Assembly: GCA_905178155.1 (NCBI GenBank)
Contig: CAJINV010000007.1
Coordinates: forward strand, 1,457,341-1,521,340
Direction of reading: 5' to 3'
Origin: Amoebophrya sp. A120
Taxonomy: Eukaryota; Protista; Dinoflagellata
Length of the DNA: 64,000 bases
Shown piece by piece: positions 1 through 14,000 of the stretch. The number at the start of each line of letters is the position of its first letter. Position 1 is the first letter of the stretch. The notes beneath the pieces were generated by a model. That model saw only the letters and a list, made by a program, of their open reading frames with translations, was not told the DNA's origin and made no database searches. Position numbers and translations under genes: made by a program.

Positions 1-3000
1 TCCGCGAGCAATCATGCCACCGCCCCGGGCCGGAAAAATCAAATGAAAATTGACGCGGACGCACATGAACTGGATAGTGATTACGAGGATGATTTCGAAC
101 AGGAGGAGAATTACGACGAGCTCGATGCTGACGAAATGCAAAAGGTCCGCATTGACCAGCCGATTGACCGCCTGATCAATCGCGGCCGACTGTTTGAAGA
201 AGCCGAAGATAATGAGGACGAAGATGATGAAACAGTAGATGTTGATGAAGCTGCTGCTCGTCCTGGTGTGAAACCAAATGAAGACCAAGACGGCCATGAT
301 CAACAACATCTTCTTGAGCCGCACAGCACCGAAACGTCTGCACAGCACGATGTGAGTATGCAAGACGAGGAAATTCAATCAAATGTGGAGCAAGAAGATC
401 ACCCAACGGACGTCGAAACCCTAACCGGAAGCACAACCACTCGTCCGGAGCTGCACAATATCAAAAGGAAAAATCCCCCCTCCCCATACCGAAAACGTGT
501 CCGTCTGAAAATTTGCGATGCGCATTTGTGACCTCAAATCCTGTCTGTCTTGCAAGAAGGCAAGTCCAAAAAGCGTTCCGCATTTTTCAGGCGGTTTGTG
601 ATGCTGTTTGGCTCAGAGCGTGCACGTTTGTCATGCTAGGCGCCTACGTCAAAACCGCTCGGCTGAGGCTTGGCATATGCCTGGAGTCCTCTACTGCAAG
701 ACAAATCTGATTTGTGTATGGAAACCCAGCATCAGAAACTTCGTTTCGATATGGGGAGGGGGCATTTTTCCTCATGATACACAACGGCGCGGAATTCGTT
801 CCCTCGGCCGGTAGTTCTAGTAAAAAAACCACACCTGCTGCAGGTCGTGGCGATAAAGCCGCGGGAACCAACATAATTGCCGCGATCGGCACGACGAGAA
901 CTACGAGAGCCGGCGATGGGGGCGAGAAGAACAGTAGTACTCCTGCAGCTCCTTACGAAGACAATGACAACACTTTAAACGAAAATTACCCCGAAGATCA
1001 ACAACAAAACGAAAACTCCTGCTCCGAACAAGCCCGTTCCCGAAGTTATTCGACGACCGAAAATCTTCACAATAGCAGCTCTAGTACTACTGCAGCAGGA
1101 CCACCAGCAGTAGCCCAACTGTCCGCGAAACAGGAAAACAAGCGGCAGAGGTTTGAACTGGACAGAGCGCTGGCCCAGTTAGAAGAAGAGTTCGGCGATA
1201 GCATGGCGTCCAAGGTGAAAAACTTGAACAAACTACTGCCCGGATTGAATGGTGGTAATAGTAACAATGCTGACCATCGAATGTTGTCCGGAATTGCACC
1301 AGGTGGTCACAATAGATCAGGCCCCTCGTCGCGGACGGTAAGTAAGCAACGCCGCAACAGCCTGCCAAAAGCGCCAAGCAGCTACAGCTCCGCTGTAGAT
1401 AGGCGGGCGGCGGGGGTGTATAACACCAGCACCAACAAGTCCTCGGCGGGGGTTGCCACCGGGAATAAACTACAGGGTAGAAATCATGATCATAAGTACT
1501 AAATGTAAATGTGGATGTGATGGAATAAATAAAATCGAGATCATGCTTCGTGCTTGTGCGTTATTGGCACGACTTTCGACTTGATGTTCTCGACGAAGAT
1601 TCTTGCTTTCGCAACATGATGCTAGAAGAGATTTAATGTTCTGTTGCCTCGAATAAGAAAGAGTAAGAACCTCAATTCTTGTTTACTCCACAGCAACGCC
1701 ATCATCCGGTCTCCCCCCGCCGGCGAAGCAAGCACCGAAGCCGGACCAACATCCCCCCGCGGCCAAACCAGAAGTGACCACGGTTTTCGTTCCTGCCGGG
1801 TTCGGGCGGAGCGCGCAGTTGGTGAAGCAGAAGAAAACGGAGGCGACGTACGGCTACACGAAGCGGGCCCCTGTGAAGCCGGCGGAGGAAATTTTGAAGG
1901 AAGCCATTCTGATGGAGGAGAAGCGGAAGAGGGTCGGGAGTTTTGACACCAACGATTTGTCGCAAATCAAAACCGCGGCGAACCAGCACTACCAGGCGAC
2001 CAAGGAGTACTCGCACTCCGAAAAGGAGCAACTGGTGAACCAAGCCGACGACTGGGGCAAGCAAGTGCTGCAGAATCAGGAGATCGAGCGGAATGCGGTG
2101 ACGCGGAAATATGATCTGTACAAGGACAAGGACCCCAACCAAGCGGGTGGGGCAAACATGAAGCAGTTCCGGGCGGTCGCGGTTGGGGACTTGCCGAAAT
2201 TCCTGGAAAAACAGGAAATGAGAATCGGGGGGAAGGGGGAGATCAAGCAGGAAATAACGGCTGGTGCCGCTGCTCCTGCTGCAACTGCTACGGGGGACAT
2301 GATCGCTCCTGGGAACGATACTACTGATACTGTAGTAGTACCAAGAACCACGGACGCAGGAGATCATGGGAATAAAGCACAACAAGCAGCTGCGAAGATC
2401 CAAACAACCTTCAGTGCAACCGCGTTAGACCTGAAGCTGGACACGGTCGAAGACGCACAGCGCGCCGCGGACTACTTTTTGCACAAAGGCCAGGCCGAAG
2501 TTCGCCGAGACCTGGAGTTGAAGAAGCAGGCGGGGGAGAGCGTGCAGGAGGAGTTGGCGAAACTGCGGAAGCGGGCCATGAGTGGCAACGGAACCATTTT
2601 GGATAGTGACGGTATTCCGACGAGTAGTACAACTTCTAGAAAAACGAATGCCTTGGTTCTAGAGGGAAAAAAACTACACGATCAAGAACCTCGTGCGGAC
2701 CTGCAGTCGATTTTGCGGAACATGCGGGACATCCACGGGGTGCCAATTTCCGATGCTTTCAACAGCAGTGCGGATTCTTTGCTGGAGAAGAATGTAGAAA
2801 ACCATGACCACCATCACCAAGAAGTCGCTGTGAAAATAACGAGTAGTGAACAAGGCCAAGGGATGAATTTTTACAACCCAGATGTGGACGAGCAACTACT
2901 AGATCCGGCAGCACAACAAGGCGCAGCTGTCGAACAACCCACCGCGACAACTTCCGGCTCCATTTCTTCCTTCCTCCAGACTGGAGCGCGCGTTGACGAA

Positions 3001-3657
3001 AGAACAAAAATAGCTCCAGCAGAAGTAGAGCACGATGGGCAGGTGGATCATGAATCTCAACCAGTAGAAGGGTCGAGTTCTTCATCCACTTCATTTGTTC
3101 CAACCACTGGTCCTCGTGCCAGGTCTAATCATGCAGGAGGGGGCACAGCACCTGCAGTAGAACTACATGCTCTTGGACCAATGCCATCAATAGGGGCGGG
3201 AGCATCAAGTACGGAACTACTGTCGGAGCAAAATACTACGGGTTGCTCCCTTTCGTACTCGCGAACGATCGCAGCGGCAGGCACAGCAGGTGGCTCATCT
3301 TCGCTTGGACTTGGTGGCGTTCATCTTGCAGGCGGGGAATCTCGTAGTAATGCCACGGCTGCACCAGAAGAATTAGAAAATGAAAAGTCGCACCATCATC
3401 TTGCACCGTGGTCTACTGCAGATGAAAAGACTTCTCCGGCGGTTGCTACTCAAGACGAGGTCAACACGATCGGAAATCTTTCTGGAGGTGGAACGATAAA
3501 CCTCCCGGATGAGTACGAGCTGAAAGTTTCCGCGCTCGATCTGGCCATGGACGTGGAGGCGCGTATTCGGGAAGCGGAGCTGATGCTGCGAAATACCGCT
3601 CCTGCGTCGACAGGGGACGACAAGGAGCTTGCTCCTGCAGAGCCGGAGGGGTCGTGA
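1..3657 (+). CDS. Hypothetical low-complexity protein, possibly 5'-partial. Exons <1/43-458, 785-1476, 1694-3657 (~1023 aa from ATG 43)
   Basis: ORFs 43..531, 714..1502 and 1774..3657 join in frame after removing introner 459-779 plus 5 nt (RPELHN|GAEF) and a GT-AG intron 1477-1693. The frame is open to the window start. No recognisable domain. Confidence 0.7.
459..779. mobile_element. Introner E1, family A (321 bp)
   Basis: TIR tatcaaaaggaaaaatcccccctccccata / tatggggagggggcatttttcctcatgata; direct repeat cacaa at 454-458 and 780-784; removing 326 nt restores the frame. Confidence 0.92.
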
Positions 3658-5027
3658 GGGCGAGACCTCCGACTTCTTCTTCGAGATTTTGGATTGGCGG
3701 TCCGGTTTCTGTTTGGATTGTCTGCACTACTTCTGATCTGCCCGCAGGCGTAAGTCGCGGGAACGCGAAGGGAGAACTTTTTTTGCGCACAGATTTGTTT
3801 TCTGTTTTGGGCAGCAGCCTTCAGCCCCCTTTACCCAGTGAGCTCAACGAAAAATTTAACTTTGATTGACTTTTTTGTATGCTTTTTCCGAGAACTGGCG
3901 CTGGATCAGGTTGGCGCCGATTTCTTTGCCGGATGGTACTGTTGAATTGCGATGACGTGATTTGATTTCTTGCTTGTAGCGCGAGTCGCTGTTCTTGCCA
4001 AAGACCTGAGACGTTGTCGTGCCTACCTCTGAAGAGATGTTGTCGTGCTAAAAACAAGGGGCAGATTTGCATCCCAGTGTCTCCTACTAATTGGACGAAG
4101 ATCTTAGAAGTTCGCGTTTATCTAGGCGGGGGCCTGCAACTGACTTGAATCGTCGTGGTAAGTACTTCTTTCAACTGTTTGGGTTCTTTCGTAGAGCGAT
4201 TGAACAAGAAATACGGGCTCGATATTTTTGGCGAGACACTTCGTCACTTCTCGTCGTTTTTCTCATACATAGTCATTGATTGCAGTAGTCCTAGTGGTGT
4301 GAGGTTATGTATTTGACCAAAATTCAAATGGAGGGTCTGACTTTCGTCGTTTCTCAAAATATACTGAAGGCCAAAAATAGAATTTCGCAGTATCGTCGAA
4401 GCTCGTTGTCCAAATCGGTATTAGGAAGCTGATATGAACGGCCTGTTCAGTGCGCGTTCGTTTGGGCGAGAAGGGAATGCAATTCATCGTCGTCGAGTGC
4501 AAATAGCTACCTGCACTTTTCGAAAATATGTTTCGTCGGGATCGAAAAAGGCAGTGAAACGTTCTTGCGAAAAACAAAAACTTTCAAACTTCTGTACCGA
4601 CCATCCTGGCAACTGGTATAAAGAAAGAAAAACACAGTAGCTTTATTTTTGATTTGACACAAGTTTAAATGACTCTCACAACAAGCATTACCGAGCAAAA
4701 CTGAAATTTAGCTGCGGGAAGTGCCTTCGAGGCGACACTTCTTTGATAGATCTTGGAATTTTTCTTTGGGCTGAAGACGAGTTTTGTGAAACGATATTTA
4801 TTGTTGGTTGAGAAAAAAGAAAAAAAGTTTACCGCACCGCACACAATGCATCAGCATCTGAAACAACAACAAGTACTAAAGACGATGATCTACTGCTCGG
4901 AATATCATCGTCACTTGTGAAGTCCGATTCGTGAAGATCTTCGATCGGGCGGTGCTACAACGAACTTTCTCAGTCTACCACCTGCGTTATTTCTCCAGTG
5001 GCGCCGTCGTCGCCCGGTCCGGATAAG

Positions 5028-8000
5028 ATGGAGAAACGAATCTTGCGGAGGGAAAGACCACTTTCGGCAGCAAGTAGAAGTTCTATCATTTCTGACCGCT
5101 CGAAGATGTTGTCCTTGTCGCTCCCACTCGTGCCGCTCTTTCACGTCCTGATCTCCAAGAGCAAGAACTTCCTCGCAACAGTATTACACGAAGAAGTACA
5201 AGAACCTCTTCTTGGAACAAAATCAAGAGGCAGTAGAACGGGGTCTTCAAGGGGCCGCTTGAGAAGAAGTGCAAGAACAACTCCTAGAAGGTGTACATGC
5301 TCTTCAGGTAGTTCTTCAACAATTTTGATCTTTCTCTTGGTCCTCGTTCATCTCTCGTCCCTGATTGCCACCTTCGGCCTTCTTTTCTCCTCTACCTGTT
5401 CGTCCAGCTTTACGACAAGAGGAGCACGAGGCTTGCGATTGAGCTTCACAATCGGGCCGCTGCTCAACGTTGGAACAACTCGTGTGGCCGCTGCAGGTGG
5501 AACAAGTAGAGCTACGGCAAGTGGTCAAGAAACTTCCACCCAACAAGAAGATCACGCCGACCAAGACGATGAAACAGAGGAAATAACTCGACGAGCACAT
5601 GCTGGTGATGATGATGATGATGATGATGATGATGGTCGAGGTCCTCCTCATGGTCGAGAGAGGAATTTCAATTCTGGCGGTCATATTAAAACCTCGCTCC
5701 GTGGTGGGGGGGCAAGAGCCACGAGTTTCTTGCAGGATGATGATCAGGACGATCATTGGGAGGTGCGAGAAACAAGAAATCTGCACAAAATAAATATTAA
5801 CAATGATCTGGCAGTGTACTACAGTAGCTCCGGAGAAGCCGTAGCAGTGGAGCAGATGAACAAAAGAAATGGTGAACAGCAAATAAACGCCATCTTCGAA
5901 GACGAAGAACACCACCGCGACCAAAGTAAGAACGATGTCGCGTTTCTGCAGCGCCTTAACAAGAAGAACTCGCGGCCTCTCGGGGCGGGGGCGAAGCACG
6001 ACGACCGCCGAGAGAGGACATCAAACGGCAAGCAACTACGTACAGTGGACCAAGAAGACGGTCTATCGGGCTCACGCAAGGTGGACAGTAGAAGCCACGA
6101 GACGAGCTCAAGGGGTGAAGATGAAGCAGGATCATTTTTTGAAATGATGTCTCACGAGGACGACCAAACTTCTTCAGACACGAAGGACGATATCAATTGG
6201 GAACAGAGAAAAGATGAAGATCCGACTGTACTAAAAGCAGGTTCGACTTTATTGGAAGTATCGCCACCCCCGGGAGGTTCTTCATCTTCGTCTGCAGGTT
6301 CTGAAAATTCCGTCATCGACCTAGTACTAGCATCGCCCGGGAAAAATGAAACATCGCCGGAATGGGGAGACGAAGAGGAACGTCAAGGAGCGCAGCGCCC
6401 ACGTGTTGCTCTACATGTCGACCTCGACCGCACCGAAGGGACCACATCGACAGTACAACTCCTAGCTGCAGCGCGACGAGAAGAACAGCAAAAAGGATTC
6501 TTACAAGAGAATGAGTTCTTCACAACTTCTCAGCAAGAGCATGAAACCAGGGTGGCGACGTCGACACAACTACTACAGGAAGTACAACAACGACAACAAG
6601 AAAACCAGCAGCACCAGATGACGATGAAAGTCAAAGGCGGCGTGGTTGAGGCGGGGGAAAAGGCGGGGGCGAGATCCACGAAGTGGGTGCTGGGTCCCAA
6701 CCGGGCGTTTGTGCCGGGTGACGATGGGTTCAACAGCGCGCAATCGAAAATAGAGCCGACCAGTCCGGGCCAACTGGAGAAAAAGAAGAGCGTGTTCGGG
6801 AAAGACTACCACTGGTGGAGAGAACTCGACGCGCACGGCAACAAGCTGCGGAAGCGCGGGGCTTACGACATCCTTCCGCACCGGTCCAAAGTGGCGCTGT
6901 TCTTTCGCCAGGATGCGCGGGCAGACGGACTCGTGTTCTCCGATGACGCTGTTTATTTCATCGACGTTCCCGCCGTATCAAATACAAATTACTTATGTCT
7001 GGATCTGGAAGATTGCGGATGTTGGCAAAAATGCCGGCTTTGCATTTGCATGGCCCAGCCCCAGCCCCAGAAGGTCTGGGATGCAAGGACTAGCGTCACA
7101 GGCTTTGCGAGAGACCTTTACGCATGAGATGATGAAAACTGCTCGCAGCGTGGCCAAATTAAAGTGACAGCCTTTGCTACGCATGCGTGATAGATTTTTG
7201 TGTGAATGTCAGAGCGCATTCACACGAGTTTGCATCCTTCCAGAGGACGCGGACATGTTTGCAGTGCATGCGCCGGATCCCTGCTTGCGAAGACCAGGGC
7301 GGCGGTCTTGGCCGCGCCCGGTGAGGTTTCTGCGTTCACCGGACTTGGCCACGGCGGCATGACCAGCTGGTATGCGGCCCGGGACGCCAAAAAGAGTTGG
7401 GACGGCAAGGTGAACGTGAACTGGTTTCCCTTTTCCCAGATCAGCTCCATCTCCTCGAAAGCAATGGTTGAAGATATGGAGTACACCACGGTGGAACTGT
7501 ATTCCGGCATGTCCGACTCGCAGGATGCGCACGGATTGCGGAATACCCACCTCGACCCGGGTACAAGGAACAGCTACGCCACCGAGATGGAGTCCGTGCA
7601 CACGGTGATGGCCAAGCTGCTGTCGGCCAAGCACTATGAACTGCAAATATGTCTGGGTCTGGAAACTTGTAGTGCTTGGTTGGGAATAGTGAATGTTCTG
7701 TAATGCACAGCCTTGCATGAGAAAGGTCTGCGCTGCTTAGTGTTGCGTTTTATTTCCGCGTGACAAACTGCGTTTTTGCATGCCAGGCAAGAGGCCCTTT
7801 TCCTGCTCATGCATCACAGATGTAAGACTAAGAGTCATTCCAGACAAGCATGGCAAACGTGCATTCTTCCAGACCATCAAGACATATTTGCATTCCATAA
7901 GCACGCCCCCCTGCGCACGTCGGAGGAGCTGCTGCCGCCAAACCAGGCGTCCGTCTGGTGGCAGGGCGCGCACTTGACCTGGTACAAGGCTTTCCTGCTT

Positions 8001-11000
8001 GCCAAGCAACCGTACCTACATGGCCAAGCTGCTAACGCTTTTGAGAAGCAGGTGAGACAGCAGATGGAGCAAGAACGGTTCGAAAAATACATCGAGGAGA
8101 ACAAGAAAAGCATAAAGGCTCTTGATCAAAGCGAACAAAAGAAAAAGGTGGAAGAAGCAAGAGAAAAAACAAAGCTGAAACCCAGGGAATGGCTCGAACA
8201 GCAGTCCCTTCTGTACCAAATAGAGGCACAGACGATTTTGCGGACCCTGTTGCAGACGGACGAGAAAATTGTGTACGCCTTTGAAACGTGCGCGTCGCTC
8301 CGGAAGACTGTTGCAACCAGGGCGTCCTCGTCGTTTTTGGAGACGAGATCCGGAGGTCGTGGTTCAGCGTCCAATCATGTGCCCTGCTCTACTAGCTCCA
8401 GCGCCGGAACAAGCAGCACCGGGATCGACTACTTTTTTCTCACCACCAAGCGGATCTTCGTCGTGGAGCACGGCCTGCCGACCGGCTCGAGTGCGGCTCA
8501 TCTGCAGGAGGACAACATTGTCCGAAACTTGCAGACCTACACCTACAATGCGGTGCGGTGCTTTTCCGTGGAGCAGGTCGGCACCGGAAGCCACGCCAAC
8601 CGGCGGCTGAAGCTGGAAGGCGACGTCATCCTGAACCTGTGGACCAGCTGGCTCCCGAACCTGCCGCGCAAGCCGCAGGAAAACTGCGACGCGTCCGACT
8701 GCAACACGGGGGACCTGCGACGCCGCCAGCACCGGCACACGGAGGACTACGACTCCCGTGTGGTCCTGCAGCCCACGCTGGCCGGCAAGCTGTCACCCCG
8801 GCAGGTGGTGGAGCTGATGAACTTCCTGTTCCAGATGACATCCAACCGGTATGAGGCTCTCAAACGTTGCATTCTCAACTGTATGCATGATTTGTCATGC
8901 AAAAGCACTATCAACAACAACATCGACACGATCAAGCTACTTCGCATGACAAATTGATTCTCGACGCGCTAAACTACAGGACTAGAATCCGCACCAACTC
9001 TCGAATGCAAGACACGCAAGGAGTAGGACAGGAGGCTCTCCCTGTCACCTGTGGTATTCTTGCATTACAAATCCGTGCGACACTTGAGAGAAGTGTAACA
9101 TTTGCGAGCGCCATAACCGAGCGCAGATGACGAAGTCGCTGCTGGACGACAAGGTTTTGTTTTCCAGCGACAAGCCGCAGACGTATGTGGAAACGATGAA
9201 GCGGTTCTGGGACGGCTTCCGCGGCACGGGGGGGCTGGAACCCATCTACTCGGAGGAGGGCCGGGCCCTGATGGAGTGGCTCACCGAGGAGGGCGAGACG
9301 ATTCTGGTGCTGCACGAGCACATCGAGATGGTGCTCGCGTCGAAGAGCGGCCATAACGTGTGGATCTTCACGAACAAGCGGCTGCTGATCCGCGTGCTCG
9401 AGGGGCGGTACACTCGGTCCCGGTTCGCCGAGCGGGTCCGGTCGGCCGCCACCTTCTCCCCCAGCATCGAGTGGATTTGCATCCCCCTGGAGCAGATCGG
9501 AGCGGCCGAGATCCAGACCGAAGCGACCGGGTTCCAGCCCCAGCTGACGGTGTTCACCTACACCAGGGGCCTCACGCCCCCGAACGACGAACCCGCGGAG
9601 CCGGGACTTGCCGCGCCGGCCTTCCCGCTCGCCCGCGGCACCGACGTCGCTTTCGTGCTCAAATGTGTGCAAGCGCTCCTCTTTATCCCAGAGAAAAAAA
9701 CAGGCAGGGCATCTTTGTAATGCAAAAATAAAGAGAAACACACAGGAAAATCTGTCATGGGCGGCCTCATAGCATGCTGCTTTGGATAAATATGCAATGC
9801 ACATGCAGATTTTTTTGGGTATTTCTTTTTGCACATATGCAAATATGCCCTGCCTGCTTCTTTCTGTGGGATGCTCTTCAACGCGAAAGAAAAATTCAGC
9901 CTGGACCTGGACGAGCGGTGGTCCTGTATGTCAGGCTACCTTGATGCCTACCAGCGGCAGGTGGAAAACATGGCGCGGCTGAAGAACGCAGGAGCAAAAG
10001 GTCCGAGACCTGCTGCAGCTGCACCCTCTACAACTTCGAGCAAGTTGAAAATCGACGAGAATGTGATGACCATTTCGGACCCGGAAGCGCTGCGTGTCTC
10101 TCGGGAAAGGATGCAATCTACCTGGTGGGTCAAGCGGGCTCAGGCCGGGGCTGCCGGCGGTGAAAAGGTGTATGACCTGGTGAAGCAGCTCCGGGACTTG
10201 TCCGGGATCAGGGGCATTTTGAAGAAGCACGACTTGCTTTTTCCAGAGGAGGCCCCCCTGCTCGCCTGGCAAGGCGTCGACTTTTATTTCGAGGGCTACG
10301 GCGAGCACGGGAATAGAGGGTTCGTCGACGTCGTTACACCGCTACGGCTCATCACGATTACTTTTCTCTGCAATGCAGCGCTGGCGACTTCTGGGAGTAG
10401 TAGAGATTGCCCCGACCTGACCGCCTCGCAGGACGAGGTGGGCGCCGGGAAAGAGAACCAGGGTGTATTAAACGAAGTGACGGCAGTTATCACACTGCCC
10501 TGGTCGCGCATTGCCGTGTGGCGGGTCGCCAGCTACCCCCCCGGTGCCGCCGCAGCCCCACGGAAGGCGACTACAGTATGGGGTTCTCAAGCGTTACATT
10601 GTTTGCTGTCAAATGACTACTAGTCATTGTTATGCTGCAAGGTTATTTGTTCCATCAGTCTCGCTCTCGGTCTCCACATATTAATCAAGCTACTTCGCGT
10701 GACAAGTTCTCGATGCATGCGCTTAAGACCATAGAGATCCGTTCCAAATTTGTGATCGATGCAAGACGCGCAATGTTGGCGGCCTTTCACTTTTATTGCC
10801 ATTTTCAAGCCACAAATAGATTTCTCATGTATAGGGCTATCTATTATGCAACGCTTGAGCATTACTCCATACTCAGCGTCCAGCCGGAAGATGGCCGGCG
10901 GCGACGAGGACGACGAAGAGGATGATGCGTTGTGCCGCCAGGGCAAGAACCGGTCCTTTTTCACGCTCCGCACCACGATTGGGTACGGCCCGCGATGGAA

Positions 11001-14000
11001 CTGGGCCGTCGGGCCGTGTGTCAATCTGCTCATTTGGCAGCAGCTTCTGGCGTCGCTGGTGTTAGCCGCCGACTTCACTAACTTCGTGCAAGATGCCGAC
11101 GCTGGAGTTCCTCCTCGCGCGTCGCGGGCATTGCCCGTCCAGTTGGACGCTGACGGCGAGGATGACGACGGCGCTGTGGAGGAGGACGAACAGGGCGTGG
11201 CCCTGGGAGCTTTGGCTCGGGACAACAGGGTGCTGCAACAAATGGGCATGTATCAAATGCGAATATGTCTGGGTCTAGAAACTTGTGATGCTGGCTTGGG
11301 AATGGTGGACACTACACTGCAATACAACGCAGCCAAGCACGTTGACAAGTTCTTGAGCTGCTATGTGTTGCGCTTGCCATCGATCTCGTTTGGTCTCGCG
11401 AAAGTTCCACCCCCCCCGAGTGGGAGTAGGGGGTTTTCAGGTGCGAGTTCTGCATGGCAAACTGCGCTTTTGCATGACAGGCAAGAAGCTCTCATCCTGC
11501 TCATGCATCACAGAGTTATAGGGGTCCGAGTCATGAGAGACGAGCATGACAAGCTTCCACTCTTCCAGACCCAGACATATTGGCAACGCATAGCATGGGC
11601 GTCACCAACATGGTTTTGCAGAGGAATTTAGCAAAAGCCGCGGCGGGAAAAATAAGCGGATGGATCAAGGAAATCGCGCAGCGTGCCCGAGGAGGGAAGA
11701 AGGGTCCCTCTGATGTGACCATCGATCGGCAGGACGCGAGCGTGTATCCTCCGCAACAAAAGTATCGCACTCGTATGTAATCGCAATCATCCAGCAGGAA
11801 GATGATTAGACAAGTGTGGTTTTTCAAAAAGTCACTCACCATTTTGTAAAGAGATGCATAGCGTGTAGTCCTAGTATGTAGTAGGAGTGCGATACTTGTT
11901 TCGTAAAAATGCATAGCGTGCCCGCGCTCACGATTCGCGCCAGCACCACGAAAAGGGACCTGCTGCCGAAGGAGGTGGAGAAGAGGTTGCAATTCCTGCA
12001 CGACTATCAACTGCAAATATGTCTGGGTCTGGAACAAATCAAATTCTCATGCTAAACCTGAATCATGTACAAATCTGTGTTGCATGATTACCAAAAGCTG
12101 TTCACTTTTGAGTTAATCGAGAGACAGTTTCTCATGCAGGATAGGCATGCCATTGCCATGTCTTACATACCAGACCTCATGGGTCATGGAAAACCTGCGT
12201 GACAAGTCTGGCATTCTTCCAGACCCAGACATATTTGCATTTGATAACGACGGCGACGAGGAGCACAAGCCGGGTATTTTCGCGCGCGCGTACCGGTGGT
12301 TCTCGTTGAAGGCCACACGCATCGTGTATCAAAATGAAAAATCCCCCTCCCCACATCAAAACGAAATTTCTGATGCTGGATTTGCGTACACAAATTTGCA
12401 GTAGTGGACTGCAGGCTCATATCATGCCAATTTAGAGTGAGAGGCTTTGGCCTAGGCGCTTAGCATGAGGAACGTCGATGCTGCAGGAGGCCCAACAGCA
12501 TTACAAACCGTCTGCATAATGGGGCGGAGGCTATGGCGTTGCTCCTTTCTTGCAAGACAGATACGGCGACTTGTGGTCACAAATCAGCGTGAAAAACAGG
12601 CACAAATCACCTCCAGGGCTACGCGCGATCCCTCCGACGCTGCGTGTGGAAGGAGGATGTTCGGCGTGTCGGGGGTGAGGGACCCCTGACGTCTGGTAGA
12701 TTATGTGTGTACCCGGTTTTGGTGTCAGATCTTGTTTTTCATGCGACGACAAGAGGGCAAACTGTTACATCCAAACAACTGATGACGACATTGGGTCTGT
12801 ATTTCGTGTGTGGTCAGACTTCACACAGTACGACGCTGAAGTAATCGCTCTCGACCAGTTGCTGCAGCTGCTGCCGAGTCGGATAACGGCGTGCCACAAA
12901 TTCATCTACATTTTCGTGGATTCCGACGGCGTACTACAAACACTACAGAACGAGGGGAGCAGACTGGAAAGCATGACAAAACTCCGCAACCTACTGAACA
13001 AGATCCTGCTATCCAGCCCGGACATCAAGATTGTACTACACTGGGTACCCTCGCACCGCAACTTCCGGCTGAACACCATAGCGGACAAGCTGGACACTTT
13101 CGCGACGGAGACTGCTGAGCCGGACCAGGACCCTCTCACTAAGAGGAGGGTGAAGATGATAGTGCGCGACCAGATCAGAAAGAGAAACGCAGCAGCAGCG
13201 GGCGATGAATCTCCGGAAGACGTCACCACCCTGCGAAGGGCGAGAAGAGTACAGATACTGGGGCGGGTCCCGCTCGCGGGGCTCAATCCGCAACAGCAAC
13301 GTGGGGCCATGAGCCTATGGACGGGCGAAAGCTTCCTTCCTGCGGGGATGGTTTCCATCGACAGCAGGGGATGGCCGGTCTGCCGAAAGTGTGGCACCGA
13401 GCTGCGCGTCACTAACGCCTCGACCGGGGTCTGGGTCCGGGGAAACGAAGCGGAAAAGGACGACCCAAGGATTTTCACACGCCTCGTTGACCATCTGCTC
13501 GTCGAGTGTCCAGCAGCCCCGGATGCGAAAGATCATCACGGGAAGGATGCAGTGCAGCTCATCCGCAAGGAGTCGAAGAAGCAGCTCAACAGACTGCTAA
13601 TTGCGGCGAACAAGCAGCAGGACCTGCTCCGAGACGCACAAACGTGGCCCCGCAGGGCGAAAACAGACAAACCCAGCCGGGAAGAAGAGGAGGACAACAT
13701 TCCGGGCGAATGGATGGAGCAGGCCGCGGAGGCTGTGAAAAAGAGAAAGATACAGCAAGAGCACCCAGGGACATAGCCCAGCTGCTCTAGTCCTTCCCCT
13801 GGCGGTTTTCAGCTAAAGCATTTTTCTTCGAATGGCAAGAAGCAAGCTCTACAGCGCAAGCTCACTGACTATTCTCGACCATGCTCTTTCTTCTATTGTA
13901 AGTTTCCCGATTCAAGGATCCGTATCTGTTCAGAGGCAGTTCGTACTGTAAACGAGCTCAGACAGCAGTAACAACGTGCAAAAGTAATCAAGATCAAGAT

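Noticed and set aside
12703-13776. RNase H-fold ORF as the transposase that mobilises the introners
   Set aside because: Its motifs are those of retroelement RNase HI plus a CCHC finger. It is truncated and has its own 17-bp duplication, so it is a later passenger.
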